64,000 bases of DNA. It comes from an uncultured Thermoleophilia bacterium. Its GTDB lineage: Bacteria; Actinomycetota; Thermoleophilia; UBA2241. The stretch is taken from the NCBI GenBank assembly GCA_963715985.1, contig CAVQSP010000008.1, positions 96,001-160,000 on the forward strand, given 5' to 3'. The notes under the pieces were generated by a model. That model was not told where the DNA came from, did not search any database, and saw only the letters and a list, made by a program, of their open reading frames with translations. Positions 30,407 to 40,859 of the stretch are shown here, piece by piece; position 1 is the first letter of the stretch, and each line of letters opens with the position of its first letter. Both the position numbers and the translations under genes were made by a program.

Positions 30407-31843
30407 GTGGACGTGGGGGCATGGATCGTGCGGGCGCTCGCCGTGGGGGCGAGCTTGTGGGCGGCCGGTCTGGTCGTCCTCGGTCCGGCCGCGGCCGCCT
30501 CCGGCAGCGCGGCCACCGCTCCGGTGTCCTCCTTCCGCGAGCGGGACTTCGCGGTGCCGGTGATGGTGCTCGTGAACCGGCTCTACTCCGGTGACCGGCC
30601 GGTGCCCCGGCGAGACGGCGGCGTGCACGATGCACACGGTGTGCGCATGCGCCTGGTGGCCGGTGAGCTCCGCGACCTCCCCAGACTGCAGGCGACCTAC
30701 GGGCTCCTGAACCTCAACACGTACCGGCTCACCGGTGACGGGTTCTTCCTCGAACGGGCGCTGGCTCAGGCCCGGCGGCTCGTCTCCAACATGGTCACAT
30801 CCGGTGGCGCCTGGTTCGTGCCCACGCCCATCAGCTGCCATCGCCACGGTGTCGGCAGCGAGCCCATCGCCGCACCGTACTTCTCGGCGCTCGCCCAGGG
30901 GCGCACGCTGCTCTTCTTCTCGCGGCTCGCCGCGGTGACGGGTGAACAGCGCTGGCGCACCGCCGCCGGCCGCGTGTTCGCCGCGTTCCGGCTGCGCGAG
31001 CCGCGCCGGGGCCCGTGCGTGATCACGGTGGACGACGATGACTGTCTCTGGCTCCAGGAGTGGCCGTGGGCCGGGTGGCTGCCGGACGACACCTTCAACG
31101 GGCACATCTCCGCCGCCTTCGGCATCTACGAGTACTACTGCGTCACCCGCGACCCCCTCGCCCTCTCCCTGTTTCGCGGCGCGGCCACCACGGCGCTGCA
31201 CTACGCGCCCACGTTCCGCCAGCCCGGGTGGCTCAGCCACTACTGCCTCGCCCACCTGATCACCAACCCCAACTACCACCGCATCCACGTCCAGCAGCTG
31301 TTGGTGCTCCACACCTTCACGCGCGAGCCTGAGTTCGCGCACTACGCCGACCTGTTCGAGAGTGACTACCCCGCGCCGTCGGTCTCGGGAAGCCTGCGGA
31401 TCTGCGCCGGCACGCACGTGGTCGCGCGCCCGGCCGGAGATGAGGCGGGCGCGCGGGCGACGGTGACGTTCGCGCATCCGGTCCGCGCCCGCGTGACGCG
31501 GCGCCAGCGGATGCGCGGCGACGGCATCTTCTTCCGCGTGGCGAGCGGGCCGTTGTCCGGGCAGTGGATCGAGGAGGAACCGGGGCGCGTGTACTTGCCG
31601 GGCCCGGTGGTCCAACTCCGGTACTGGCCCCTCCGGGCGCTGACGCTGGCCGCGGGCCGCACGTACACGGCGCGCCGGTACGGCGACGGCGGCGCCGAGG
31701 TGGCACGGGCCGCGGTGGCGGCCGGCGCGACGCTGGCTGTGGATCGCGGCGCCGTGGTGGACGGCTACCCGAGCGTGCGCCTCAGCGGCGGCGAGCTGAA
31801 CGGGTATTGGCTGCGGCTGGGGAGCGGCGTCACGCTGCGCTGA
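30407..31843 (+). CDS. Secreted D-glucuronyl C5-epimerase-like protein
   Basis: Signal peptide; YFSALAQG, WLQEW, FNGHISAAFGIYEY, YHRIHVQQL typical of the C5-epimerase C-terminal domain. Confidence 0.75.
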   Translation: MDVGAWIVRALAVGASLWAAGLVVLGPAAAASGSAATAPVSSFRERDFAVPVMVLVNRLYSGDRPVPRRDGGVHDAHGVRMRLVAGELRDLPRLQATYGLLNLNTYRLTGDGFFLERALAQARRLVSNMVTSGGAWFVPTPISCHRHGVGSEPIAAPYFSALAQGRTLLFFSRLAAVTGEQRWRTAAGRVFAAFRLREPRRGPCVITVDDDDCLWLQEWPWAGWLPDDTFNGHISAAFGIYEYYCVTRDPLALSLFRGAATTALHYAPTFRQPGWLSHYCLAHLITNPNYHRIHVQQLLVLHTFTREPEFAHYADLFESDYPAPSVSGSLRICAGTHVVARPAGDEAGARATVTFAHPVRARVTRRQRMRGDGIFFRVASGPLSGQWIEEEPGRVYLPGPVVQLRYWPLRALTLAAGRTYTARRYGDGGAEVARAAVAAGATLAVDRGAVVDGYPSVRLSGGELNGYWLRLGSGVTLR

Positions 31844-31858
31844 CCGGATGCCCCGGGT

Positions 31859-33148
31859 CTACTTCTGCGCGAACACCATGATGCTGCCGGTGTAGCAGCA
31901 CACCCACACGCTCTTCGTGGGCGTGTCGTAGGTGATGCCGATGGGCAGTGCGTTGGTGCCCACGCTGTCGATCACCTTCATGTCCCTGGTGCGCACCTGG
32001 CTCATCGTGCTGGAGTCGTAGTTGACGACGAAGAGGGACTTGCCGTCGGTGGCCATGGCCATGCTCCGCGGCTGCTGGCCGGTGTAGACCTTCTTCATCA
32101 CGTGGCCGGTCTTCGTGCTGATCTTGGCCACGTTGCCCTCGCCGTTCAGGGTGGCGTACAGGTACCTGCCGTCGGGGCTCATCACGAGGTGACGTGGGCC
32201 GGAGCCGACGCCGCGGATCCAGCTCACCGAGAAGTCCGTGAGGTCGACCTTGGCGATGTCGTAGCTGCCCATCACTGCCACGTACGCCGTCTCGGAGTCC
32301 GGCGAGACGGCGATGCCGCGCGGGTACGGCCCGAGGTAGACGCTTGTCACCGGCTTGCTCTTGTGCACGTCGATCACGCTGAGCGTGTAGGAGATCCAGT
32401 TCGTCACCAGCAGGTACTTCTGGTCGGGGGTGACGGCCACGTACTTGGGCACCGAGCCGACCTTGATGACCTTGTCGATCTTGAGGTCGTCGAGAGCGAC
32501 CCGGTACACGAAACTCTTGTCGTACCCGGAGCTGGGTCCGCCCACGTCGTGGCCCTCACGGTAGTAGCCGGGGCCGTACATGGAGTACTGCGTCACGAAC
32601 ATGAAGCGGTGGTCGGGGGTCTCCGCCGCCTCGACTGGGGCGCCCTGCAGGGTGCCGGTCTTGTTCTTGTAGCCGAAGTCCGAGAGCCTGACGCGGTCGG
32701 GGATCGTCTTGACCAGCTTGAGCGTCTTGGTGTCGTACACCGTCATGGTGTGGCGGTACATCATGTTCTGCGCGAACACGTAGCCGGTGCCGCTGGAGAC
32801 CACCGATTTGGGCGAGATGTCGTTGCTGATGATGACCTTGCGGAGTTTCAGGTCGAGCTTGTCCGACGGCGGCCCGGTCCAGGCGGCGGCCGCCTGGGCG
32901 CTGGACGTGGGCGTCGGCTTGGGCGATGACGAGGACGTCGCGCCGGAGCCGGGCGTGGACGAGGAGCCGGGCGTGGCAGCGGCCGCCGAAGGCCCGCCGC
33001 CGCTGGTCTCGTCGCCGCGCGTGACGGCCACGACCACCGCGACGGCGGCCGCGACCACAAGGATGAGGACGAGGAGCGCGAAGAGCCGGCGCCGCCGGTA
33101 GCGGCGCGCCCGGTAGCGGCGAGCGGTACGGGAGGTGCGGCGCGTCAT
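31859..33148 (-). CDS. Membrane-anchored YncE/YVTN beta-propeller protein
   Basis: Arg-rich N-terminus, TM helix, S/T/P linker, repeats VGSVPKYVAVTPD, PRGIAVSPD, PRHLVMSPDG. Confidence 0.85.
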   Translation of the reverse strand: MTRRTSRTARRYRARRYRRRRLFALLVLILVVAAAVAVVVAVTRGDETSGGGPSAAAATPGSSSTPGSGATSSSSPKPTPTSSAQAAAAWTGPPSDKLDLKLRKVIISNDISPKSVVSSGTGYVFAQNMMYRHTMTVYDTKTLKLVKTIPDRVRLSDFGYKNKTGTLQGAPVEAAETPDHRFMFVTQYSMYGPGYYREGHDVGGPSSGYDKSFVYRVALDDLKIDKVIKVGSVPKYVAVTPDQKYLLVTNWISYTLSVIDVHKSKPVTSVYLGPYPRGIAVSPDSETAYVAVMGSYDIAKVDLTDFSVSWIRGVGSGPRHLVMSPDGRYLYATLNGEGNVAKISTKTGHVMKKVYTGQQPRSMAMATDGKSLFVVNYDSSTMSQVRTRDMKVIDSVGTNALPIGITYDTPTKSVWVCCYTGSIMVFAQK

Positions 33149-33212
33149 GGGTGAGCAGTCTAGCATCGGAGGGCGGAGGCTCGCCGCCCAGGCGGCGCGG
33201 GCCCGGGGCCGC

Positions 33213-34364
33213 TCAGCCGAGTGCGACGTGCAGGCGGCGCAGCGCCTCCTGCAGGGTGCTCCGCGGGCAGGCGAAGTTGAGGCGCAGGAAGCCGGGGTCG
33301 CCGAAGTCGGCCCCGGGCGAGAGCGCGAGCCCGGCCTCGAGGCAGGCGCGCGCAGCGCCGGGGCCGCTCAGGCCCCGGTCGCACAGGGCGCGCACGTCGA
33401 GCCAGGCGAGATACGTGGCCTCGACGTGCGTCACGCTCACATCCGGCAGCCGCTCTATGACCGTCTCCTCGACGAGATCCCGGTTGCCGCGAAGGTAGTC
33501 CACCAGCTGCGCCAGCCACTCGTCGCCCTCGCGGTAAGCGGCCTCCGCGGCGTCGACGGCGAAGCAGCCGGGGAAGGGCAGCAGCCCGCCGCTGGCGCGC
33601 TGAAACCGCTGCCGCAGCTCGGGGTCGGCGATGACGGCGAAGGCGAAGTTGAGCCCCGGCAGATTGAACGTCTTGCTGGGCGACATCAGGGTGACGATGT
33701 CGGGGGCTTGATGCCCCTGTGCGGCGAGCGCAGCCGGCACGTGCTGGAGCGGGTCGAGGACGAGGTCGCAGTGGATCTCGTCCGAGACGAGCACGAGGTC
33801 GTGGCGGCGGCAGAACTGCGCCACCGCCGCCACTTCATCCGCCCGCCACACGCGGCCCAGCGGGTTGTGCGGGTGGCAGAAGAGCAAGGCGCGCGTGTCG
33901 GGCGTGACGACCGCCTCCATCTCCTCCAGCGGGAGCTGCCAGCGGCCGCCGTCGCAGGTGGCCGGGACGGTGATGAGCCGGCGGCCCTGCTGCTCCGGCG
34001 CGTGGAGGAACGGCGGGTAGACCGGTGTGATCGTCATCACGGCCTCGCCGGGCGCCGCGAACGCGCCACAGGCCAGATTGAGGCCCGGCACCACGCTGGG
34101 CAACCACACCAGCCAGTCGGGTTCGATGTGCCAGCCGTACCGCGAAGCCAGGTGCGCGCGGATCGCCTCCACCAGCGACTCCGGCACCAGCGAGTAGCCG
34201 AAGACGCCGTGCTCGGAGCGGGCGCGCAGCGCCTCCACCACGGCGGGCGGTGAGGCGAAGTCCATGTCGGCGACCCACAGCGGCAGCACCCCCTCAGGGT
34301 ACTTGTCCCACTTGAAGCTCGCCGTGCCGGTGCGGTCCACCGGGGTGTCGAAGTCGAACCTCAT
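33213..34364 (-). CDS. PatB/MalY-family PLP C-S lyase
   Basis: LPLWVADMDF, HPHNPLGRVW, SDEIHCDL, SPSKTFNLPGL, RLNFACP. Confidence 0.93.
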   Translation of the reverse strand: MRFDFDTPVDRTGTASFKWDKYPEGVLPLWVADMDFASPPAVVEALRARSEHGVFGYSLVPESLVEAIRAHLASRYGWHIEPDWLVWLPSVVPGLNLACGAFAAPGEAVMTITPVYPPFLHAPEQQGRRLITVPATCDGGRWQLPLEEMEAVVTPDTRALLFCHPHNPLGRVWRADEVAAVAQFCRRHDLVLVSDEIHCDLVLDPLQHVPAALAAQGHQAPDIVTLMSPSKTFNLPGLNFAFAVIADPELRQRFQRASGGLLPFPGCFAVDAAEAAYREGDEWLAQLVDYLRGNRDLVEETVIERLPDVSVTHVEATYLAWLDVRALCDRGLSGPGAARACLEAGLALSPGADFGDPGFLRLNFACPRSTLQEALRRLHVALG

Positions 34365-34529
34365 ACCGCCGCCCAACGTATCAGACGGCGGCAGCGCACG
34401 CAGAGCGCCTGACGCAAGTCAACAGCGCGGAGCGTGTCTGTCCTGTATCCTGAAGGCTGTGCCCGATCGGCACATCACTGTCGCCGGCCCCTCATCCACC
34501 GCCGGCGTGATCGCCCACAAAGGACTTTC

Positions 34530-36101
34530 ATGAAGATCCGCCTCATCGAACCCGACGCGCCCAGCATGCACCTCTGGTCGAAGTCGTACTTCGTGCGCCT
34601 CGGGCTGCCCATCATCGGCGCTGCGCTCACGCAGGCCGGCCACGACGTGCGCATCTACAACCCGCAGCTGGCGCCGATCGACTGGGACGACGTCTACACC
34701 TCGGAGCTCGTCGGGCTGTCCTCCACGACCTCCACGTCCCCGGCGGCCTACGAGATCGCCGACGAGCTGCGCCGCCGCCGCATCCCCGTCATCATCGGCG
34801 GCTCGCACGTCACCTTCATGGCGGACGAGGCGCTCGCGCACGCGGACTTCGTGGCGCGCGGCGAGGGCGGCGAGCAGATCATGCTCGACGTCGTCGACGT
34901 CATGGAGGGCCGCAAGCAGGTCGCCGACGTCGTCGGGATCTCGTTCCGTCGCAACGGCGAGACCGTGCACAACCCGCTGCACCAGGCCTGCGCCGACCTG
35001 GACACGCTGCCCTTCCCCGACCTCACGCTCATCAAGGGCTACGAGCGTCTGTCCAACACGCCCATCATGACCAGCTGGGGCTGCCCCTTCGCCTGCAACT
35101 TCTGTTCGGTGACGGCGATGTTCGGGCGCAAGTACCGGTTCCGCAGCGCGGAGAGCGTGGTCGCCGAGATCAAAGAGAAGAACCCCGAGAAGATCTTCTT
35201 CTACGACGACAACTTCGCCGCCAACAGGCGCCGCCTCAAGCGCCTGCTGCAGCTGATGATCGACGAGGGCATCAAGGTCCGCTGGGGCGCGCAGGTGCGC
35301 ACGGACGTGGTGCGCGACCCGGAGCTGCTGGACCTCATGCGGGCCTCGGGGGCCGACTTCGTCGCCCTCGGCCTCGAGTCCGTCAGCCAGGACACGCTCG
35401 ACCACTTCGAGAAGTCGCAGACGGTGGGGGACATCGAGCACGCCATCAAGGTGCTGCACGACTACGGCATCCGCAGCCACGGCATGTTCGTGCTGGGCGC
35501 CGAGCACGACCAGGCCGACTCGGTGCGCGAGACCGTGACGTTCGCCCTCAAGAACAAGATCGACACCGTGATGATGAACATCCTCACGCCGCTGCCCGGC
35601 ACGCAGCAGTTCGAGGAGCTGGACGCGGCCGGCCGCATCTTCACCAAGGACTGGCACCTGTACGACGCGCAGCATGCCGTGTTCCATCCCCGTCACATGA
35701 GCGCCGCCAAGCTGCAGAAGGACGTGCTGCGCGAGCAGCGGCGCTTCTACTACACGGGGCGCCCGGTGTACTGGTTCCTTCGCTGGCTGGTCGGCCGCAA
35801 CGAGGACAGCTGGAACCGCATGCTGGAGTACGGCTGGATGTGGTACTACGCGCGCATGTGGTCGAGCGACCCGCGCAACCGCGAGCACATGGCGCAGCTG
35901 AAGCACCTGCCGCCGATGGCGGTGGCGCCCCTCGCGGCGACACCGGCTCCGGCACGGCCGCACGGCGGCAACGGCGACGGTGGGCAGGCCGAGGCCGCGG
36001 CGCCGGCGGTCGGGCACGCGAGCCCCGACCCGGCCATCGTGCCGGTGGCCCATCCCGTGGGGCGTGCTCTGTCGGGTACCCGGGAATCATGTGGCCTGTA
36101 G
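34530..36101 (+). CDS. B12-binding radical SAM protein
   Basis: IIGGSHVT, GEGGE, TSWGCPFACNFC (CxxxCxxC), YDDNF, GLES, TPLPGT. Confidence 0.92.
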   Translation: MKIRLIEPDAPSMHLWSKSYFVRLGLPIIGAALTQAGHDVRIYNPQLAPIDWDDVYTSELVGLSSTTSTSPAAYEIADELRRRRIPVIIGGSHVTFMADEALAHADFVARGEGGEQIMLDVVDVMEGRKQVADVVGISFRRNGETVHNPLHQACADLDTLPFPDLTLIKGYERLSNTPIMTSWGCPFACNFCSVTAMFGRKYRFRSAESVVAEIKEKNPEKIFFYDDNFAANRRRLKRLLQLMIDEGIKVRWGAQVRTDVVRDPELLDLMRASGADFVALGLESVSQDTLDHFEKSQTVGDIEHAIKVLHDYGIRSHGMFVLGAEHDQADSVRETVTFALKNKIDTVMMNILTPLPGTQQFEELDAAGRIFTKDWHLYDAQHAVFHPRHMSAAKLQKDVLREQRRFYYTGRPVYWFLRWLVGRNEDSWNRMLEYGWMWYYARMWSSDPRNREHMAQLKHLPPMAVAPLAATPAPARPHGGNGDGGQAEAAAPAVGHASPDPAIVPVAHPVGRALSGTRESCGL

Positions 36102-36159
36102 GCGCGCCTGAGGCCTGAGCGGCTTCGCGGCGCGCGCACCACGACACCGAGGTGACATC

Positions 36160-36630
36160 ATGGCCACCGCCACCTTCGCGGCGGGCTGCTTCTGGGGCGT
36201 CGAGGCACGGTTCGCGGACCTGCCCGGCGTGAGCTCCACAGAGGTCGGCTACACCGGCGGCACCACGTCTTCGCCCACCTACGAGCAGGTCTGTTCGCAC
36301 CGCACCGGCCACGCGGAGGCCGTGCGCCTGGAGTACGACCCCGACCGGGTCAGCTATGAAGAGCTGCTCGCGGCCTTCTTCGGCATGCACGACCCCACGC
36401 AGCTCGATCGCCAGGGGCCGGACGTGGGCGACAACTACCGCTCGGCCGTCTTCTTCCACACGCCGGAGCAGGAGAAGGCCGCACAGACGGCCGTCGAGCA
36501 GCTCTCCGAGAGCGGGATCTTCAAGCGCCCGATCGTCACGCAGGTCGTGCCGGCGCCGGCGTGGTGGCGCGCCGAGGAGTACCACCAGAAGTACTTCGCC
36601 AAGCACGGTCGCCACGGCTGCGCCGTGTGA
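36160..36630 (+). CDS. msrA: Peptide-methionine (S)-S-oxide reductase
   Basis: [27 protein letters not shown]. Confidence 0.96.
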   Translation: MATATFAAGCFWGVEARFADLPGVSSTEVGYTGGTTSSPTYEQVCSHRTGHAEAVRLEYDPDRVSYEELLAAFFGMHDPTQLDRQGPDVGDNYRSAVFFHTPEQEKAAQTAVEQLSESGIFKRPIVTQVVPAPAWWRAEEYHQKYFAKHGRHGCAV

Positions 36631-36639
36631 CCCGGCCGG

Positions 36640-37690
36640 TCACGCGCCCGGCCGCAGCGTGGGCGTGTGTGTGGAGAAGGGCGTGGACGAGGCGGTGGGC
36701 TGCGCCGTGGGCGTCGGCGTCAAGGTGGGCGTCGGCGTCACGGTCGGCGTGGGAGACGGCGTGGGCTGCGGCTGGTCGAGCCCGTACTTGTCCAGCAGCC
36801 GCGCCGTCTTCTGCGACAGCACCCTCTGGTACTTGACGCGCCCCGGCTCCACGCAGGTGGAAGAGGTCGAAGAAGTCGCTGTCCTTGAGGTCCGCCGTCC
36901 TCACGAAGGTGAGCCAGGGGATGCCGTACTTGCGCGAGAGCCGCACGCAGCTCGCCTTGTACGTCGCCACGGGCTCGTCGAAGGCGTGGCCGATGATCGC
37001 CAGGTCACGGGGCAGATCGACGAGCACCGGGTGCAGGCCGCGGGCCACGCAGGCCCGGATCACGCTCTCCAGCGAGCCGAGGTTGTAGGCGTACCGCGAC
37101 TTGAACTCGGGCCACCTTCTCTCGAGCCAGTAGTCCACGTAGAAGCGCTTGGTGGCCGGGGTCTGGACCTTCTTCTCGACCGAGTACACGTGCTGGAAGT
37201 ACGTGGGCGGCGGGAGGGCCGGGTCTGGCAAGGTGATGGTGGGTGAACTGGGCGGGCTCGAGAAGCGCCCGAGATTGACGCCGATGTACACGATGGCGGG
37301 CATGTCCTTGGGCAGCAGTCCCACCACCTCGCGGTCGAGGGCGTAGGTGTCGTGCCGGCAGCCGAGGTTGTAGGTGGCGACGGGCGTGCCGCCGTAGCGC
37401 TCCACCTGCGCGGCCCAGTCGCGATCGTCCACGGTGCTCTCGCGCGCCGACGAACCGCCCAGGAGGATGACGACCGGCTTGCCGGGGAGCTCCGTGCGCA
37501 GGTTGGCGACGATCTGCAGGCGGTGCGTGGCGTCCTTGCCGGGCGTCTCGGCGCGCCGCCCGATGTCGTCCGTGGCGGCGAACGACCTGGGGTAGCCGGT
37601 GCCGGCCGCCGACGAGCGCGGCACGCCGGCCACGACCGGGACGGCGAGCACCGCGAGCGCAGCGGCCGCGAGCAGCCCGGCGCGCCTCAT
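36640..37690 (-). CDS. Secreted SGNH/DltD-like protein with Pro/Thr tail (frameshift at about 36853)
   Basis: Signal peptide, LLGGSSARES, YIGVN, DLFHL; C-terminal PTPSPTPTVTPT tail. Confidence 0.7.
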
Positions 37691-38684
37691 TGCCCGGCGC
37701 CGCCCATGCCGTACTGCTTGAGGAGCCTGGCCGTCTGCTCGGAGAGCAGCGTCTGCCAGACCTCGCGGCCGGGTTCCACGAGGTGCCAGAGGTCGTAGAA
37801 GTCGGCATCGGGCAGCCTGGCCCTGGCCACGAAGCTCACCCAGGGCACCTTCTGCGCCGCGGCGAGCTTCTTGCAGTCGGCGGTGAACCTGGCGGTGGGC
37901 ACGTCCAGGGAGCTGCCGATGATCGCCGTGTCGCGGGGCAGCTCCAGGAGGACGGGCTTGAAGCCGCGCTCCTTGCAGGCGGCGACGAGCTTGCTCAGGG
38001 TCCTGAGGCTCGTCGCGTAGTTGGCTTTGAAGTAGGGGTAGCGGTCGCTGAGCCAGGCGCGGACGAGGGCCTTCTTCTGCGCCGCCGACTTCACCTTGGC
38101 CTGGCTGTACTGGTGCTGGTCGTACGGCGGCGCTGAGGCCGTGGGCTGCGGCAGCTTGATCGCGGGCGAAGACGGCGGCGAGGTGAAGCGGCCCACGTTG
38201 ATCCCGATGTAGACGACGGTGGGCCCGTGAGGCAGCAGCTTCACGAGCGCGACGTCCTGCGCCAGCGTGCGGTTGCGCGAGCCCAGGTTGAAGGCGGCCA
38301 CGGCGGGGCCGCCGGCGGCGGCGATCTGCGCCGCCCAGTCCGCGTCGCTGACGGTGCTCTCGCGGGCGGCGGAGCCGCCGAGCAGCACGACGATGGGCGC
38401 GGCCGGCGGGTCCGCCCTGAGGTTCGCCACCACCTGCAGCACGTGCTGCCAGTCCGTGCCGCCCCCGCCCGCCGGGTCACCGCCTTGACGGCGTGAGGAG
38501 TGGCGACCGCCGAGGCGCCTGAGCTCCTGGCCGCGGCGGAGGACGACGAGCCTTCGGTGGCCCGAGCCGCGCAGGCGCTGGGCAGGGCGGCGAGGACGAC
38601 GAGGCCTGCCGCCGAGGCGAGCGCTGCCGCCACGCGCGCCCGTCGCGACCGCGACGGTGATGGATGGTGCCCAAGGATGCCCAC
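37687..38684 (-). CDS. Secreted SGNH/DltD-like protein, paralog (frameshift at about 38478)
   Basis: LLGGSAARES, YIGIN, DLWHL; ATGA overlap with its paralog; SD GGGAGG before GTG 38684. Confidence 0.68.
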
Positions 38685-38801
38685 GAGACCCTCCCAGTCT
38701 CGCCCGACTGTAGCACTTGAGGTGGGGCGTCGCGACACGGCCGCCGCCCGTGTAGGCTGTTGCGTCGACGCCAGTCGCGCCGCCGCCAGGAGGTCCCGGA
38801 C

Positions 38802-39914
38802 GTGAAGTACCGCCGCATGCCCATCGAGGTCGAGTCGCCCGAGCAGCTCGGCTACGACCGCATCCGCAACAACCTCACGGAGAGCTCCGTGCGTGACCGG
38901 TCCCTCGCCGACCTCGGCATCGAGATCGGCGACATGCTGCTGTTCTACGGCGATCACGCGGGTCACGAGGGCTTCCGCGAGGACATCGCCGCGCAGTGCG
39001 GCGGCGCGGGCCGTGACGACGTGCTCGTCACGGCGGGCGCCGCCCAGGCGCTCTTCATCATCGCCACCTCGCTGCTGGAGCGGGGCGATCACCTGGTGGT
39101 GGTCAGGCCCAACTACGCCACCAACATCGAGACACCGCGGGCCATCGGCGCCGACATCAGCTTCCTCGAGCTGCGCTTCGAGGACGGCTTTCGCGTGGAC
39201 GTGGAGGCGCTCATGGCGCTCGTCGAGCCCCGCACGAAGTACGTGAGCGTCACGGTGCCGCACAACCCCACGGGAGCGGTGATGAGCGAGGAGGAGCTGC
39301 GCGCCCTCGTGGAGGCCGTGGAGCGCGCCGGCTGCCGGCTGCTCGTGGACGAGACGTACCGGGAGATGACCTTCGACGCGCCGCCGCCGGTGGCGGCCTC
39401 TCTGAGCGAGCGGGCGGTGAGCGTCAGCTCGCTCTCCAAGACCTACGGCATCCCCGGCATCCGCAGCGGCTGGCTCGTGTGCCGCGACCGCGAGCTGATG
39501 GAGACCTTCCTCGCGGCCAAGGAGCAGATGGGCATCTGCGGCAGCGTGGTGGACGAGGAGATCGCCGCGCGTGCCTTCGCGCAGCGTGACGAGTGGCTGC
39601 CGCACATCAACGCGTTCATCGCCGGCCGGTTCGAGGTGGTCAAGGCGTGGATGGCCGGGGAGGAGCTGATGGAGTGGGCGGAGCCGCGCGGCGGCTGCGT
39701 GTGCTTCCCCCGCATCCGCCCGGACGCGCCCGTGGATGTGGACGAGTTCTACCGCGTGCTCAACGAGGACCACGGCACGTATGTGGGGCCGGGTCACTGG
39801 TTCGAACAGCCACGCCGGCACATGCGCGTCGGCTATGCCTGGCCGCGCGCGGACGAGCTCGACGCCGGATTGGCCGCCATCTCCGCGTCGCTGCGCGCGG
39901 CTGCGACCGCGTGA
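38802..39914 (+). CDS. Class I/II PLP aminotransferase
   Basis: TAGAAQA, PHNPTG, DETYR, SLSKTYGIPGIRSGW. Confidence 0.92.
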   Translation: MKYRRMPIEVESPEQLGYDRIRNNLTESSVRDRSLADLGIEIGDMLLFYGDHAGHEGFREDIAAQCGGAGRDDVLVTAGAAQALFIIATSLLERGDHLVVVRPNYATNIETPRAIGADISFLELRFEDGFRVDVEALMALVEPRTKYVSVTVPHNPTGAVMSEEELRALVEAVERAGCRLLVDETYREMTFDAPPPVAASLSERAVSVSSLSKTYGIPGIRSGWLVCRDRELMETFLAAKEQMGICGSVVDEEIAARAFAQRDEWLPHINAFIAGRFEVVKAWMAGEELMEWAEPRGGCVCFPRIRPDAPVDVDEFYRVLNEDHGTYVGPGHWFEQPRRHMRVGYAWPRADELDAGLAAISASLRAAATA

Positions 39915-39921
39915 GGCTGCC

Positions 39922-40776
39922 ATGACCCGCGCCGTCATCCACTCCTCGCAGCAGTTCGCCGCCGGCGACGGGCTGCGGCTCACGCGCCAGGCCTGGCGGC
40001 CGGACGAGGGCACGACTGCCGTGCTCGCCGTTCTCCACGGGTACGGCGAGCACGGCGGCCGGTACCGTGAGCTGGCCGCGGAGCTGGCGGAGCACGGCCT
40101 GGCCGTACACGTCTACGACCTGCGCGGCCACGGCCTGTCCGGCGGCCGCCGCGGCCACATCTCGCGCTTCTCGGACTACCTCAACGACACGGCGGTCTAT
40201 CTCGACGCCGTACGCGGCGACGACCCCGGGCTGCCGCTCTTCCTGCTGGGCCACAGCATGGGCGGTCTCGTCGCCGCCTCGTTCGTGGAGCAGCGCCCCG
40301 CCGGCTTCGCGGGGCTCGTCCTGTCGGCGCCGTTCCTTCGCCTCGCCCTGGAGGTGCCGCCGCTCAGGGTCCACGCCGCGCGGATCATCTCGGTCGTGGC
40401 TCCCACCTTCGACATCGGCAACACGCTGGACGCCGCGGGGCTCTCCCACGACGAGGCCGTGGTGGCCGCCTACCGCATCGACCCGTTGAACCACTTCAAG
40501 GCCACGGCCCGTTGGGCGGCCGAGGTGCTCGCCGCGCAGCGCGCGGCGCTCGCCGCGGCCCGGGACATCGCCCTGCCCCTGCTGGTCATGTACGGCAGTG
40601 CCGACCCGGTCGCCGACCCGGCGGCGGCGCACGAGCTGTTCGCCGCGGCCTCCGCGGCGGACAAGAGCGAGCACGTCTACCCCGCCTACTACCACGAGAT
40701 CTTCAACGAGACCGGGCGCGAGGCGCCCGTCGCCGACCTGCTCGCCTGGCTGGGCGAGCACGGGGCGACCGGCTGA
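39922..40776 (+). CDS. Lysophospholipase-type alpha/beta hydrolase
   Basis: HGYGEH, DLRGHG, GHSMGG, HEIFNE. Confidence 0.92.
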   Translation: MTRAVIHSSQQFAAGDGLRLTRQAWRPDEGTTAVLAVLHGYGEHGGRYRELAAELAEHGLAVHVYDLRGHGLSGGRRGHISRFSDYLNDTAVYLDAVRGDDPGLPLFLLGHSMGGLVAASFVEQRPAGFAGLVLSAPFLRLALEVPPLRVHAARIISVVAPTFDIGNTLDAAGLSHDEAVVAAYRIDPLNHFKATARWAAEVLAAQRAALAAARDIALPLLVMYGSADPVADPAAAHELFAAASAADKSEHVYPAYYHEIFNETGREAPVADLLAWLGEHGATG

Positions 40777-40859
40777 CACGCCCAGGGTCGCGGGGCGGAC
40801 GCGCACGCGGAGGGCCGAGGCGCGGACCCGGGCGCGGGTCGGTCGTGCGCCGTGCGCAG

